A DNA stretch of 64,000 nt from an uncultured bacterium (GTDB lineage: Bacteria; Oederibacteriota; PGYV01; CAWJRG01): contig CAWJRG010000010.1 of assembly GCA_963845185.1 (NCBI GenBank), forward strand, positions 768,001-832,000, in the 5' to 3' direction. A program made the translations under genes and the position numbers. The notes under the pieces were generated by a model, which worked only from the letters and a program-made list of their open reading frames with translations, did no database searches and had not been told where the DNA came from. Shown here piece by piece: positions 9,374 through 19,061 of the stretch (its first letter is position 1; the number at the start of each line of letters is the position of its first letter).

Positions 9374-10927
9374 ATGGCTAAAAAAGCCAAGGATAAATTA
9401 ATTGAAAAAGAAAAAGCAAAAGGAAAAGGTATTAAAATAAGTCTTGGTTTTAAATTTAGTTTTTTTGTTGCACTTTTATTGACTGCTATTATGATAATGA
9501 TTACAGTATCAATTTATAATGAAGAGCAACAGGCTCTCACTAAAGAAGTTAAGGAACGTGGCGTTGCAACTGCAAAAAATCTTGCAAATAATGCATCTGA
9601 CCCATTAATAAAAAACGATGATCTTTCACTTGCAATTCTTACAAAAGAGGTTGTGCAATTTCCGCAGAAAGAAGAAAATGAAAATGAAAATTTTATAAAA
9701 AATTTTATTAGTATTTTCAAAAATGAATTACTGCAAAAAAAAGAAGAAAACGCTGTAAAAAATGAAGGAATACTTGAAGCTTTTATTGTTAATAATAAAG
9801 ATGGAACAATAGCGGCTGCAAATGATATAAATAGAAATGGTAAAATATATCAACTACCAGCAGGAATTAATCCATTAAAACCTGACCAAGATATTTTAAT
9901 ACAATCTTATAATAAGGGCATTAAAGAATTTTTTGATATTGCTGTACCTATATTGACAGTAGTGAATAATAAAAAATATTTTGTTGGTGAAGTCCATCTG
10001 ACTATATCACAAAGTATTATTTCCAAAGTTGTCACTATTGCGGCGGTAAAAATCGCATTAATAATTCTTGTATTTCTTGTAATTGGTATAATTGTTTCCA
10101 TATTACTTGTTAACATTATGGTCAGACCGATAAGGTATCTTGTAGAAGGCGTAAGAGCAATTGGAGAGGGTAAATATGATGTACAAATAAAAATCAAAAC
10201 AAGGGATGAACTTGGTGAGTTAACAGAAGCTTTTAATAATACTGCCAAAAGTTTAAAAGAAAAAGAATTACTAAAAGGCGCATTTTCAAAGTACGTTTCA
10301 AGTAGTATAATGGAAGAAATTTTAAATGATCCAACAAAATTATCACTTCACGGTAAAAAAGTAAAAACTACAATACTTTTTGCTGATATAAGAGGCTTTA
10401 CATCGATGGCTGAAAATCTTCAACCGGAAGAAGTAGTCGATATAATAAATGAATATCTTACACTTCAAACTGATAAAGTATTTAAATGGAATGGCGTTCT
10501 TGACAAATTTATAGGTGATTGCGTTATGGCTGTATATGGTGTGCCCTTTCCGAAAGAAGATGATGCATATAGAGCAGTAATGACAGCTATTGACATAAGG
10601 GATAGCGTCGATAAATTAAATTCAATAAGACGGAACAGAAACCAGATAGTTGTAGGCATAGGGATGGGCATAAATACTGGTGATGTTGTATCTGGAAATA
10701 TGGGTTCTCCCCAGAAAATGGATTATACAGTTATAGGAGATAACGTTAATCTTGCTGCCCGTCTCGAAGCAAATGCTCCCGCAGGAGCAATATGGATAAG
10801 TGAAAGTACTTATAATGAAACTAAAGAATTAATTGATTATAAAGAACTTGAATCAATAAAAGTTAAAGGTAAGAAAGATCCTATAAAGATATTTGAGCCA
10901 ATTTCGTTAAAATTGAAAAACAAATAG
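9374..10927 (+). CDS. Membrane HAMP-domain class III adenylate cyclase
   Basis: Two TM segments, HAMP (DELGELTEAFN), FADIRGFT, DKFIGD, DYTVIGDNVNLAARL. Confidence 0.9.
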   Translation: MAKKAKDKLIEKEKAKGKGIKISLGFKFSFFVALLLTAIMIMITVSIYNEEQQALTKEVKERGVATAKNLANNASDPLIKNDDLSLAILTKEVVQFPQKEENENENFIKNFISIFKNELLQKKEENAVKNEGILEAFIVNNKDGTIAAANDINRNGKIYQLPAGINPLKPDQDILIQSYNKGIKEFFDIAVPILTVVNNKKYFVGEVHLTISQSIISKVVTIAAVKIALIILVFLVIGIIVSILLVNIMVRPIRYLVEGVRAIGEGKYDVQIKIKTRDELGELTEAFNNTAKSLKEKELLKGAFSKYVSSSIMEEILNDPTKLSLHGKKVKTTILFADIRGFTSMAENLQPEEVVDIINEYLTLQTDKVFKWNGVLDKFIGDCVMAVYGVPFPKEDDAYRAVMTAIDIRDSVDKLNSIRRNRNQIVVGIGMGINTGDVVSGNMGSPQKMDYTVIGDNVNLAARLEANAPAGAIWISESTYNETKELIDYKELESIKVKGKKDPIKIFEPISLKLKNK

Positions 10928-10969
10928 GTGTAGACCAATATTTAATTTAAATTAAAAGGATAATAAACT

Positions 10970-12220
10970 ATGGAACAAGAAAGTAAAAAAGACATATTAA
11001 AAACAATAACAAGATACGCTCAAGCCGGCGAATGGAATAAAGTAATCAAAGGATATGAAGAGCTGCTTGGACGTGATCAAAATGATATTAGTTTGCATAA
11101 TTCTCTTGGCGATGCTTATGCAAAAACCGATGAACATAGGAAAGCTTTTGAACATTATCTAACAGTGCTGAATGATTACCAAAAAACAAAACAAGTTTCA
11201 AAAATAAATTTTTTATATAAAAAAATTGTTAAATTAAATCCACGAAAATTTGATTTAGAAGGAAAAGCTTTGCATGAAAAACTTACACAAATTGTTAATG
11301 CGCAGGCTTTATATGATAAAGAAGATTATGATAATTCTATTCCTGCATTAAAGGAAGCAATAAAATTAGATCCTTTTAATATCGATTTATTCATGCGTTT
11401 GGGTGATGTTTGTGAAAAAAAAATGTTGATAGGTGATGCAGTTGAAGCATATGTAAAATTACTTAGGATATTAATCGAAAAAGAAATGTTTGAGGAAGCT
11501 TTTGCCGCTGCTGAAAAAATTTTAACTCTTGATAAAGGAAATATTGACGCTAAGGCAATTCTAGCAGAAAGTTATATTATAAAAGGTGATAAAGAAAAAG
11601 GCGAACAGGCTTTTAATGAAATACTTTTTTTTATTAAAGAAAAAAATTTTATTGCACAGGGAAAGGAAGTAGCAAAAAAGGCAATGGATTATTCACTCCT
11701 TATAGGAAGGGAATATTATGCTTATTTTCTCTTTAAAGATAATAAAATAGATGAGGCAAAGCGTATACTTTCTGAAGCTTATGATCTTACAATGGAAGAA
11801 AAATTACTTTTTGGTAAAATATATTTTAAAACACTTGATTTTGATAAAGCAAAAGACATTTTTCTTTCTTTAAGCCCTGATTTAATACAAAATAACATTG
11901 AGATAAATGAATTATTGGGTGATATATTCTTGAAACTTAGAGAATATAAAAAGTCCTCTATATATTATTTTACAGCTGTTAAATTACTTTTAAATAAAAA
12001 TATGCTTGATGCCGCACTAGTTATGGGTAATAAAGTTATTAATGTAGATTCCGATAATATTGAGCTTCATGAAATAATGGCAAATATATACTTAAAAAAG
12101 GGAATGAAAAATAATTTGATTGACGAATATACAAGGTTAGCTGCCCTATATGATAAATTAAACCGAAAAGAAGATGCTATGAAAATACGTCAAATGCTCA
12201 CAAAATTAAAAATTATATAA
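10970..12220 (+). CDS. TPR-repeat protein
   Basis: Multiple TPR-like helical repeats. Confidence 0.75.
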   Translation: MEQESKKDILKTITRYAQAGEWNKVIKGYEELLGRDQNDISLHNSLGDAYAKTDEHRKAFEHYLTVLNDYQKTKQVSKINFLYKKIVKLNPRKFDLEGKALHEKLTQIVNAQALYDKEDYDNSIPALKEAIKLDPFNIDLFMRLGDVCEKKMLIGDAVEAYVKLLRILIEKEMFEEAFAAAEKILTLDKGNIDAKAILAESYIIKGDKEKGEQAFNEILFFIKEKNFIAQGKEVAKKAMDYSLLIGREYYAYFLFKDNKIDEAKRILSEAYDLTMEEKLLFGKIYFKTLDFDKAKDIFLSLSPDLIQNNIEINELLGDIFLKLREYKKSSIYYFTAVKLLLNKNMLDAALVMGNKVINVDSDNIELHEIMANIYLKKGMKNNLIDEYTRLAALYDKLNRKEDAMKIRQMLTKLKII

Positions 12221-12225
12221 ATGAT

Positions 12226-12579
12226 ATGAAGCCTTTTTTATGTGATATGTGTGACTTCCCGGTAAAAATACAGGATGCGCTGGTCAGGTGGCACCACAAT
12301 AAAAAGCAGAAGTTTGCCGAAAATTTCCAGATAATCCACGAAACCTCGCCGTGCAACAATACACAAAACAACTACTTTAATAAAAGTCTTGCTCTTGATT
12401 TCGTGTTTAAGAATATGCCTGAATTTTTGTCGTATATTGCCAGGTTTGATTACGATAAAAATGAGTTGAAAAATTTTGTACATAAAATAGAAAAGGACAG
12501 GTCGTATATCAGGAGGTTTAATGCCGACAAAAAAGTTGTTAAGAAGCTTATCATACTCCTAGACGGTTTCGGAAACTAG
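12226..12579 (+). CDS. Hypothetical protein with CxxC
   Basis: Tightly packed in operon; CDMC and H...C possible metal ligands. Confidence 0.55.
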   Translation: MKPFLCDMCDFPVKIQDALVRWHHNKKQKFAENFQIIHETSPCNNTQNNYFNKSLALDFVFKNMPEFLSYIARFDYDKNELKNFVHKIEKDRSYIRRFNADKKVVKKLIILLDGFGN

Positions 12580-12581
12580 CT

Positions 12582-13049
12582 GTGGAACACAATGATGTTA
12601 GAAAAAGATTAAAACAATACACGGCAGGGGAAATAAAAGACCTGGCCCTTCTCTCTGAAATGGAAAAGCACATCGACACATGCTACATATGCAAAAAAGA
12701 GCTTAGCATGTGGAACGAGTCGCTTGATAGACAGAAATTACTGCAGGAGCTAGGCAAAAACCTATCGCCTAAAGATTTTAGAAGCAGGGTAGGACAAAGG
12801 ATGGCTTCGCTTGACAGGAACCCTAACTTGCCGCCTTTTGTAATACAATTCAGAAAAATCAGCCGGTTCAGGATAAAAGCTGCCAGGAATGTGTCTATAT
12901 ATAATATCATTATTGCCTTTATATTAATCCCGAATCTCGTTCTTTCAGCATTTATTGTATTTTTAAAGCACAACGCTATTCCTTTTTTACTCATTCTTTT
13001 CAGTATTCTGATTTTATTCTTGCTTTCATTAAGAGAAAAGCTTAAATAA
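12582..13049 (+). CDS. Zinc-finger (zf-HC2) anti-sigma-like membrane protein
   Basis: HIDTCYIC (HxxxCxxC) near N-terminus; two C-terminal TM helices. Confidence 0.65.
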   Translation: MEHNDVRKRLKQYTAGEIKDLALLSEMEKHIDTCYICKKELSMWNESLDRQKLLQELGKNLSPKDFRSRVGQRMASLDRNPNLPPFVIQFRKISRFRIKAARNVSIYNIIIAFILIPNLVLSAFIVFLKHNAIPFLLILFSILILFLLSLREKLK

Positions 13050-13059
13050 CTTCATTGTT

Positions 13060-15036
13060 TTATTTATAAATGGTGCTTTTAATAGTTATTTCAACTCTGC
13101 GGTTTTTCGCTCTTCCTTCGTCTGTATCATTTGTTGTTAGCGGCCGCTGATCTCCGTAGCCTACAGTCGTTATTCTTTTTTCTTCTATTCCAAGGAGATT
13201 AATCATAAAAAATTTAATTGCTTCAGCCCTTGCTTTAGAAAGTTCCTCATTAGTTTTATATTTTATGCCAGTGGGAGGTATGTTATCAGTATATCCTTCC
13301 ACAACTATATCTGACTCTTTGTATTTATCAGTTACTTTTTTCATTTCTTTTAGAATATTATAAGCTGATATTTTAACATCAGCTAGACCTATATCAAACA
13401 AAGCATCAGATGCAAAAGTAAGTTTTACTTCTCTGAGCAAAACTACTTGTGATTGCACCTGTGTTTGATTTTTATTTCCCACTTTATCGTCGGCGGAAAA
13501 ACTGTAATAATAAATATCCCCTGTATTTACGTATTCTCCATTTGTTCCTTTTCCATCCCATATATAAGACAGTGGTGGATCTCCATACCCGCTAGTAGTA
13601 AAAAATATTTTTTTATCCTTATTCCAAATTATAAATTGCCATACGCCAATATTATTTTTATCATGCGCATAAAAAGTAAATGTAGCAGGTATTAATAACG
13701 AACTTTGTCTTTCACCCGGTCTTAAAAGTTTAGGTTCCGCATCCACTCTTACATCAGGAGGAGTATTGTCTATCTCAACTGATATATGGTTGGACTCTGA
13801 AGTGCCATTTGAATATTCAGCTAAAAGCGAAGCATTGTAAACCCCGTCAGGCAATACAATGCCATTTGCTTTACCATCCCATTCTATGCTTTTTGCCGCT
13901 TTATCACCTGTTAAAGTGACAAGATGCGTACCTGTATAATTTGTAATATTTATTTTAAAAGATTTAATTTTTTCAGGAAATTTCAACAAAGGGGTAAAAT
14001 AAGTCGTATCTAAAAATCCGTCTCCATTGGGTGAAAAAACCGCTGGGTTTACCTTTAAATTTACCGGAGGCGTTCCCCAATTATATAATAATGAAAACCT
14101 TTGCGTATTCCCAAGTTCATCGTAGCTATTGTAAGCATAATCAAATTCAAAATTATCATATCTGATTCCTAACCCAATAGTCGGTTGGTTAAACGCGCCT
14201 AATTTATAACCCGCCCTTATGGCAACTATATTATAAAACCAGTATTCCGCTCCGATACTATATAGCGTATTATAATCAACTTGCAATGTTGTCTGTGCTG
14301 ATAAAAGAAGGGAATTAGAGAGCAGACTATCTGATATGCCCAGCTGAACCATTGCCGGCGGTTCAAAACCTTGCTGTTCCATGGTTAATTCAGAGCCTAT
14401 ATTTGATATTGTAAGACCAAAGCGCACATAATTGTCGTTTAAATTTAATTTGTACATTCCACCGATAGCTCCTGTAATGCCGAAACCAGTTGCTCCATTT
14501 ATATTTTCGCTTGAGTATTTTAAATTTATGCCTGCTGAAATATCATTCCTCAAGTCAAGACCATAGCAGAGAATTACCGAGTAATCATAAGGAGTAAAAT
14601 AGTTTTTAACAAGGCTGTCCCAAAAACTCTGGTCATATTGCGGATTATTTAAATCGCTTAAAACATCCGGTGTAAGCGCGCTTGTATTTGCCATTTTATC
14701 AACCTGGAACCATGTAAAAGCAAATCCAAATTTTCCAACATCAATAAAAGGCATGGGAGTTGTCATGGCAAAAAATTCATAATTAATATCCTGGAACCAT
14801 GATATGTGGGTCATCTGAATTTCATAACCAAGCGCTGATGTCAAACCGGCAGGGTTATAATAAATACCATAAGTACCGTCTGAAACGGCTGTAAATGCTT
14901 CGCCCATACCAACGGCTCTTGCAAAAGGTGAAATTTTTAAAAAATTCGAACTTGTTGTCCCTGCAAGCTCTTGCCCTGCGTGTAGATTCATATTTATTAA
15001 TATAATAAATGAAATTAATAACAGTACTTTCTTCAT
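13060..15036 (-). CDS. PorV/PorQ-like beta-barrel + FlgD-like Ig domains + OmpA C-terminal domain
   Basis: ARAVGMGEAF..YYNPAGL N-terminus; FSPNGDG and WDGK Ig motifs; VEGYTD..LSKARA..NRRVEI OmpA domain; start set at MKKVLL after GGGAGG RBS. Confidence 0.75.
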   Translation of the reverse strand: MKKVLLLISFIILINMNLHAGQELAGTTSSNFLKISPFARAVGMGEAFTAVSDGTYGIYYNPAGLTSALGYEIQMTHISWFQDINYEFFAMTTPMPFIDVGKFGFAFTWFQVDKMANTSALTPDVLSDLNNPQYDQSFWDSLVKNYFTPYDYSVILCYGLDLRNDISAGINLKYSSENINGATGFGITGAIGGMYKLNLNDNYVRFGLTISNIGSELTMEQQGFEPPAMVQLGISDSLLSNSLLLSAQTTLQVDYNTLYSIGAEYWFYNIVAIRAGYKLGAFNQPTIGLGIRYDNFEFDYAYNSYDELGNTQRFSLLYNWGTPPVNLKVNPAVFSPNGDGFLDTTYFTPLLKFPEKIKSFKINITNYTGTHLVTLTGDKAAKSIEWDGKANGIVLPDGVYNASLLAEYSNGTSESNHISVEIDNTPPDVRVDAEPKLLRPGERQSSLLIPATFTFYAHDKNNIGVWQFIIWNKDKKIFFTTSGYGDPPLSYIWDGKGTNGEYVNTGDIYYYSFSADDKVGNKNQTQVQSQVVLLREVKLTFASDALFDIGLADVKISAYNILKEMKKVTDKYKESDIVVEGYTDNIPPTGIKYKTNEELSKARAEAIKFFMINLLGIEEKRITTVGYGDQRPLTTNDTDEGRAKNRRVEITIKSTIYK

Positions 15037-15417
15037 AATTATATTCTTTTCCTCCCGCATTCTTAAATTCAATTTTACCGGGAATTTTGTCCGATATTTT
15101 TGATAGTTAAATTGTAATGTATTTTCCAAAAAAAAACAAGTAATTACTTTTATTTTCAAATTGCTATAGAAAAATAAAAAAAATTCTTCTTGAATAACAG
15201 CTTTACAAACGAGTTAAATATATTCATCCATATGGTGAAAGGGGGGACGACCTTATAAATGTTTATATAAATTGCAATTTTTAATTTCATATAATACTTT
15301 AATGAAAACTTCTCGTTGAAAATTCTGTCAGGGTTTTATTTTTTAGTTCTATAAAAGTATACTAGTAATACACTTAAAGATTATTCGAAATTTTATTTCC
15401 TATTTTTAAGTTTTTGC

Positions 15418-15446
15418 TTGACTATACTCGCTTATAATTCTATAAT
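15418..15446 (+). promoter_or_regulatory. dnaA promoter
   Basis: TTGACT-17-TATAAT. Confidence 0.65.
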
Positions 15447-15559
15447 CTATTCATTGCAGAATTTTTGGGGCAATTGAAAATAGTAATATTATTCGTAATT
15501 TTACTATGATTTATATGGCTGAAAAAATTTTTTATGTTATAATAAATATGTTAACTATT

Positions 15560-15666
15560 TGTTGATAAATATGTTAATATTTGTGGATAAATTATATTTC
15601 GTTTGTTTTATAATAGTTTTTTGTAATATTATTAATGTGGATAATACTTATCAACTTTGTGGATAA
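15560..15666. promoter_or_regulatory. DnaA-box cluster upstream of dnaA (oriC part 1 / autoregulation)
   Basis: Perfect TGTGGATAA at 15582, 15636, 15658; TGTTGATAA at 15560; TTATCAACT at 15648. Confidence 0.9.
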
Positions 15667-15686
15667 CTTCTAAGGAGACGATAAAA

Positions 15687-17039
15687 ATGAATGTTGATTC
15701 ATCCCAATGGGACAATATATTGGGAAAAATTAAAGTGGAAAACCCGGCTTTATATATATGGCTTGAAAAAACAAAAATTATGTTTAATGATGAATTAAAC
15801 AAATATATCATAGAAGTTTCAGATACGCTGCATAAACAAACACTTAACAGTAAATATAAAACCGATGTTTTCAATATTCTGAAGGAGAATACAGGTCAGG
15901 AAATTGATTTTGATTTTGACATTAAAAAAGAAACCGGCCATATAAAAGAAACTTCCTCAAAAATTGTCATTAATGAACGCCAGATATCCCTGCCGCTGGA
16001 ACCACGGCCGGAGCATATACCAAATTTAAACAGCAAATATAAATTTGAAAATTTTATCATAGGGGACAATAACAGGTTTGCCCAAGCAGCTTCCATGGCA
16101 GTCGCGGAATCCCCGGGGCAGACCTATAACCCGCTTTTTATTTACGGAGGCGTCGGCTTAGGCAAGACGCATCTTCTACACGCCATAGGCAATTTTGTTT
16201 TTGACAACAAACCCTCGGCAAAAATCCTGATAATCACATCTGAAAAGTTTCTTTTTGAAGTGGTGCAGAAAATCCGTGAAAACAAAATGGATGAGTTCAG
16301 GGAAAAATACAGGAACGTAGACCTGCTTCTTGTTGATGATATTCAATTTCTGCAAAGAGGTGAGAGCGCAAGGGAAGAATTCTTTCACACTTTTAACGAG
16401 TTGTATAACCTGAATAAACAGATAGTGGCAACTTCTGATTCTCCACCGCATGAATTAAGGCTTGAGGAAAGGCTGCGTTCGCGTTTTTCTGCGGGTTTGA
16501 TTGTTGATATACAGCCGCCCACTTTTGAAACCAGGGTAGCAATATTAAGACAAAAATCAAAGGAATTCAACAGAAATATCCCTGACATTGTCATTGCATA
16601 TATTGCAGAGCATATTGTAAGTAATATCAGGGATTTAAGCGGCACGCTTCTAACCCTTATTGCACTGGCCCAACAAAGCAATCAGGAAATAAATCTTGAT
16701 GTAGCCAAGCAGGTCGTAAAAATGAAAATCCCGGATATTGAGCTTACAAAAAAGATCGGCATTGATCTAATACAAAAAACAGTGGCTGACTACTTTAATT
16801 TAAAAATTCAGGACTTGTCGTCAAAGAAAAGACCCGAGAATATAGCGAAAGCGCGTCAAATAGCCATGTATATAACCAGAAATATGACTGATTATTCCCT
16901 TGTACAGATAGGCCAGTATTTTGGCGGTAAAGATCATACAACTGTTATGCATGCAATAGATAAAATCGAAAAATTGATAAAAGAAGATGATAAATTTAAA
17001 GCTGTTATTGATGAATTAATTATGCGTATAAAACAATAA
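15687..17039 (+). CDS. dnaA: Chromosomal replication initiator DnaA
   Basis: YNPLFIYGGVGLGKTHL, LLVDDIQF, GGKDHTTVMHA; ATG 15687 after AAGGAG. Confidence 0.98.
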   Translation: MNVDSSQWDNILGKIKVENPALYIWLEKTKIMFNDELNKYIIEVSDTLHKQTLNSKYKTDVFNILKENTGQEIDFDFDIKKETGHIKETSSKIVINERQISLPLEPRPEHIPNLNSKYKFENFIIGDNNRFAQAASMAVAESPGQTYNPLFIYGGVGLGKTHLLHAIGNFVFDNKPSAKILIITSEKFLFEVVQKIRENKMDEFREKYRNVDLLLVDDIQFLQRGESAREEFFHTFNELYNLNKQIVATSDSPPHELRLEERLRSRFSAGLIVDIQPPTFETRVAILRQKSKEFNRNIPDIVIAYIAEHIVSNIRDLSGTLLTLIALAQQSNQEINLDVAKQVVKMKIPDIELTKKIGIDLIQKTVADYFNLKIQDLSSKKRPENIAKARQIAMYITRNMTDYSLVQIGQYFGGKDHTTVMHAIDKIEKLIKEDDKFKAVIDELIMRIKQ

Positions 17040-17300
17040 TGTTAATACTATGTTATTTGATATATTGATATCCTGTGCATAAAGTAATCCTGATAAAAAT
17101 GATAAATTTTTTGTGGATAAATTAGGGAATATGTATTAAAATATTATTAATTATCAACATTAAGAAATATAATATTATAAAGGTTTTAAAAGAGTTTCTT
17201 TTAATTTTAGTGATATGCACAGTACAACAACAGCAACAATATTTACTTTATAAAATTTTGTTATTATAATAGACCAAGAAATTGTGGAAAATAATTTAAA
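17040..17300. other. oriC (dnaA-dnaN intergenic part)
   Basis: Boxes TGTGCATAA 17074, TGTGGATAA 17112, TTATCAACA 17151, ATATGCACA 17213, TGTGGAAAA 17283; trinucleotide array 17223-17240 then AT-rich tract. Confidence 0.85.
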
Positions 17301-17319
17301 AACCTACAAGGAGGCAAAG

Positions 17320-18423
17320 ATGGAAATAAAGACTAATAAAAAGGAAATACTTGATTCGCTTTTAATAATTCAGAATTTTATTTCAACAAGTACTACATTA
17401 CCTCTTCTTTCAAATATTTTATTTGAGGCGGATAATGAGTATTTATATTTGATGGCGACTGATATGGATATAAGCGCAAAGGTAAAATGTAAATTAAGCA
17501 AAATTGAAAAAGAAGGAAAAACAACTATACCCAAGAAAATAATACCTTTAATCAAAGAACTGCCTGATGCTGAAATTTCATTTATAGCCGATAAAAACGA
17601 CAATATTAAAATACAATGCTTGAAATCGTCGTATAAAATACCTGGTTTACCAGCAGATGATTTTCCTGTTTTACAGCTTGACGATAAAAAGCTGGAAACC
17701 ATGAATATTTCGCAGAAAATGTTAAGGGAAATTATTAATTTAACTGCGTTTTCAGCCCTTAAAGATACTGCAAAAAGAAATTTAAACGGGTTATTTTTTA
17801 AGTTTGAAGAAAAGATACTTGAAGTTGTTGGCACTGATGCCCACAGACTGGCTTACGTAAAGAAAACAACGAAAGAACCGGTAAAAACAAAATTTGAATA
17901 TATTATTCCTTTAAAAACAATCAATGAAATTTCAAAAATTATAACTGATGATGAAAAGGATATAACCATTAATTTTTATCCAAAATTAATCGAGTTTAAA
18001 CTTGAAAATATTGAAATTGTATCAAGGATAATAGATGAAAATTATCCCAATTACAACCAGGTGATACCGAAAGAATTTAACATGAGCGCAATTGTAAACA
18101 AAGAAGAACTGCATTCTTCTTTAAGAAGGGCTGTTACGATTTCAAGCGATAAAGCTAAAATTGTATCTTTCAAATTTGAAAAAAATAAACTATACATAAA
18201 TGCTCAAGCGCAGGATGAAGGAGAAGCATTTGAAGAGATGGATATAAAATACGACAATGAACCCATAGAAGTTTCATATAACGCGATATACATCACTGAA
18301 GTTTTAAAAGCAATAAGTCAGAATGAAATTGAAATAAAGTTAATCAGTTCTATGAATCCTGGCCTGATAAAACCTGTTGATGACAATGATTTTGTATACA
18401 TTATAATGCCCATTAGAAAATAG
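17320..18423 (+). CDS. dnaN: DNA polymerase III beta clamp
   Basis: LPLLSNIL, TDAHRLA, YPNYNQVIP, IIMPIR; GGAGG RBS before ATG 17320. Confidence 0.97.
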   Translation: MEIKTNKKEILDSLLIIQNFISTSTTLPLLSNILFEADNEYLYLMATDMDISAKVKCKLSKIEKEGKTTIPKKIIPLIKELPDAEISFIADKNDNIKIQCLKSSYKIPGLPADDFPVLQLDDKKLETMNISQKMLREIINLTAFSALKDTAKRNLNGLFFKFEEKILEVVGTDAHRLAYVKKTTKEPVKTKFEYIIPLKTINEISKIITDDEKDITINFYPKLIEFKLENIEIVSRIIDENYPNYNQVIPKEFNMSAIVNKEELHSSLRRAVTISSDKAKIVSFKFEKNKLYINAQAQDEGEAFEEMDIKYDNEPIEVSYNAIYITEVLKAISQNEIEIKLISSMNPGLIKPVDDNDFVYIIMPIRK

Positions 18424-18437
18424 GAGCTGATGCAAGT

Positions 18438-19061
18438 ATGTGTTTTAAATCAAGTTTCAAAGTTGTATTGTACATATGGTTTATTTTTTTATTCATATTT
18501 CCCGCCGGAGCGGAAGATATAAAAAACAAAGAAAAAGTGCTTTTTTTTATTTCCCAAGCTGATTTCAGGGATGAGGAATATATAAAACCGGAAAAAATTC
18601 TTAAGAAAGCCGGGTATGATGTTGTAACTATTTCAAACACAAAAGAACAGGCAAGTGGCATGCTTGGCGCAAAAATAATGCCCAATATGGCACTTTCTTC
18701 TGTAAAGAGTTCTGCAGGATACGCTGCTTTTGTCATTGTCGGAGGAAGTGGCGCCATAAAATACGAATGGGCAAACAGGGATTTAATGGCTTTAATTCAA
18801 GATTTTTATCAAAATAATAAAATAATAGCGGCGATTAGTCTTGCGCCTGTTGTCGTTGCCCAAGCAAAAGTACTGGAAAAAAAATTAGCGACGGTAGCAA
18901 ATATAAAAGAAGCAAAACAAGAATTAAAGAAATATAAAGTCAAATATATTTCAAAAGATATAGTAATAGCGGGTAATATAGTGACTTCAGATGGGCCGCA
19001 AACAGCGCATATATTTGGAAAAACTATAATGAAATTGCTCCTCAAGGGGGAAAAAAGATAA
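18438..19061 (+). CDS. DJ-1/PfpI-family protein with signal peptide
   Basis: [28 protein letters not shown]. Confidence 0.8.
   Translation: MCFKSSFKVVLYIWFIFLFIFPAGAEDIKNKEKVLFFISQADFRDEEYIKPEKILKKAGYDVVTISNTKEQASGMLGAKIMPNMALSSVKSSAGYAAFVIVGGSGAIKYEWANRDLMALIQDFYQNNKIIAAISLAPVVVAQAKVLEKKLATVANIKEAKQELKKYKVKYISKDIVIAGNIVTSDGPQTAHIFGKTIMKLLLKGEKR

Noticed and set aside
15225..15270. GGTGAAAGGGGGG tract upstream of dnaA as possible rpmH or small RNA
   Set aside because: No L34-like ORF and no convincing structure
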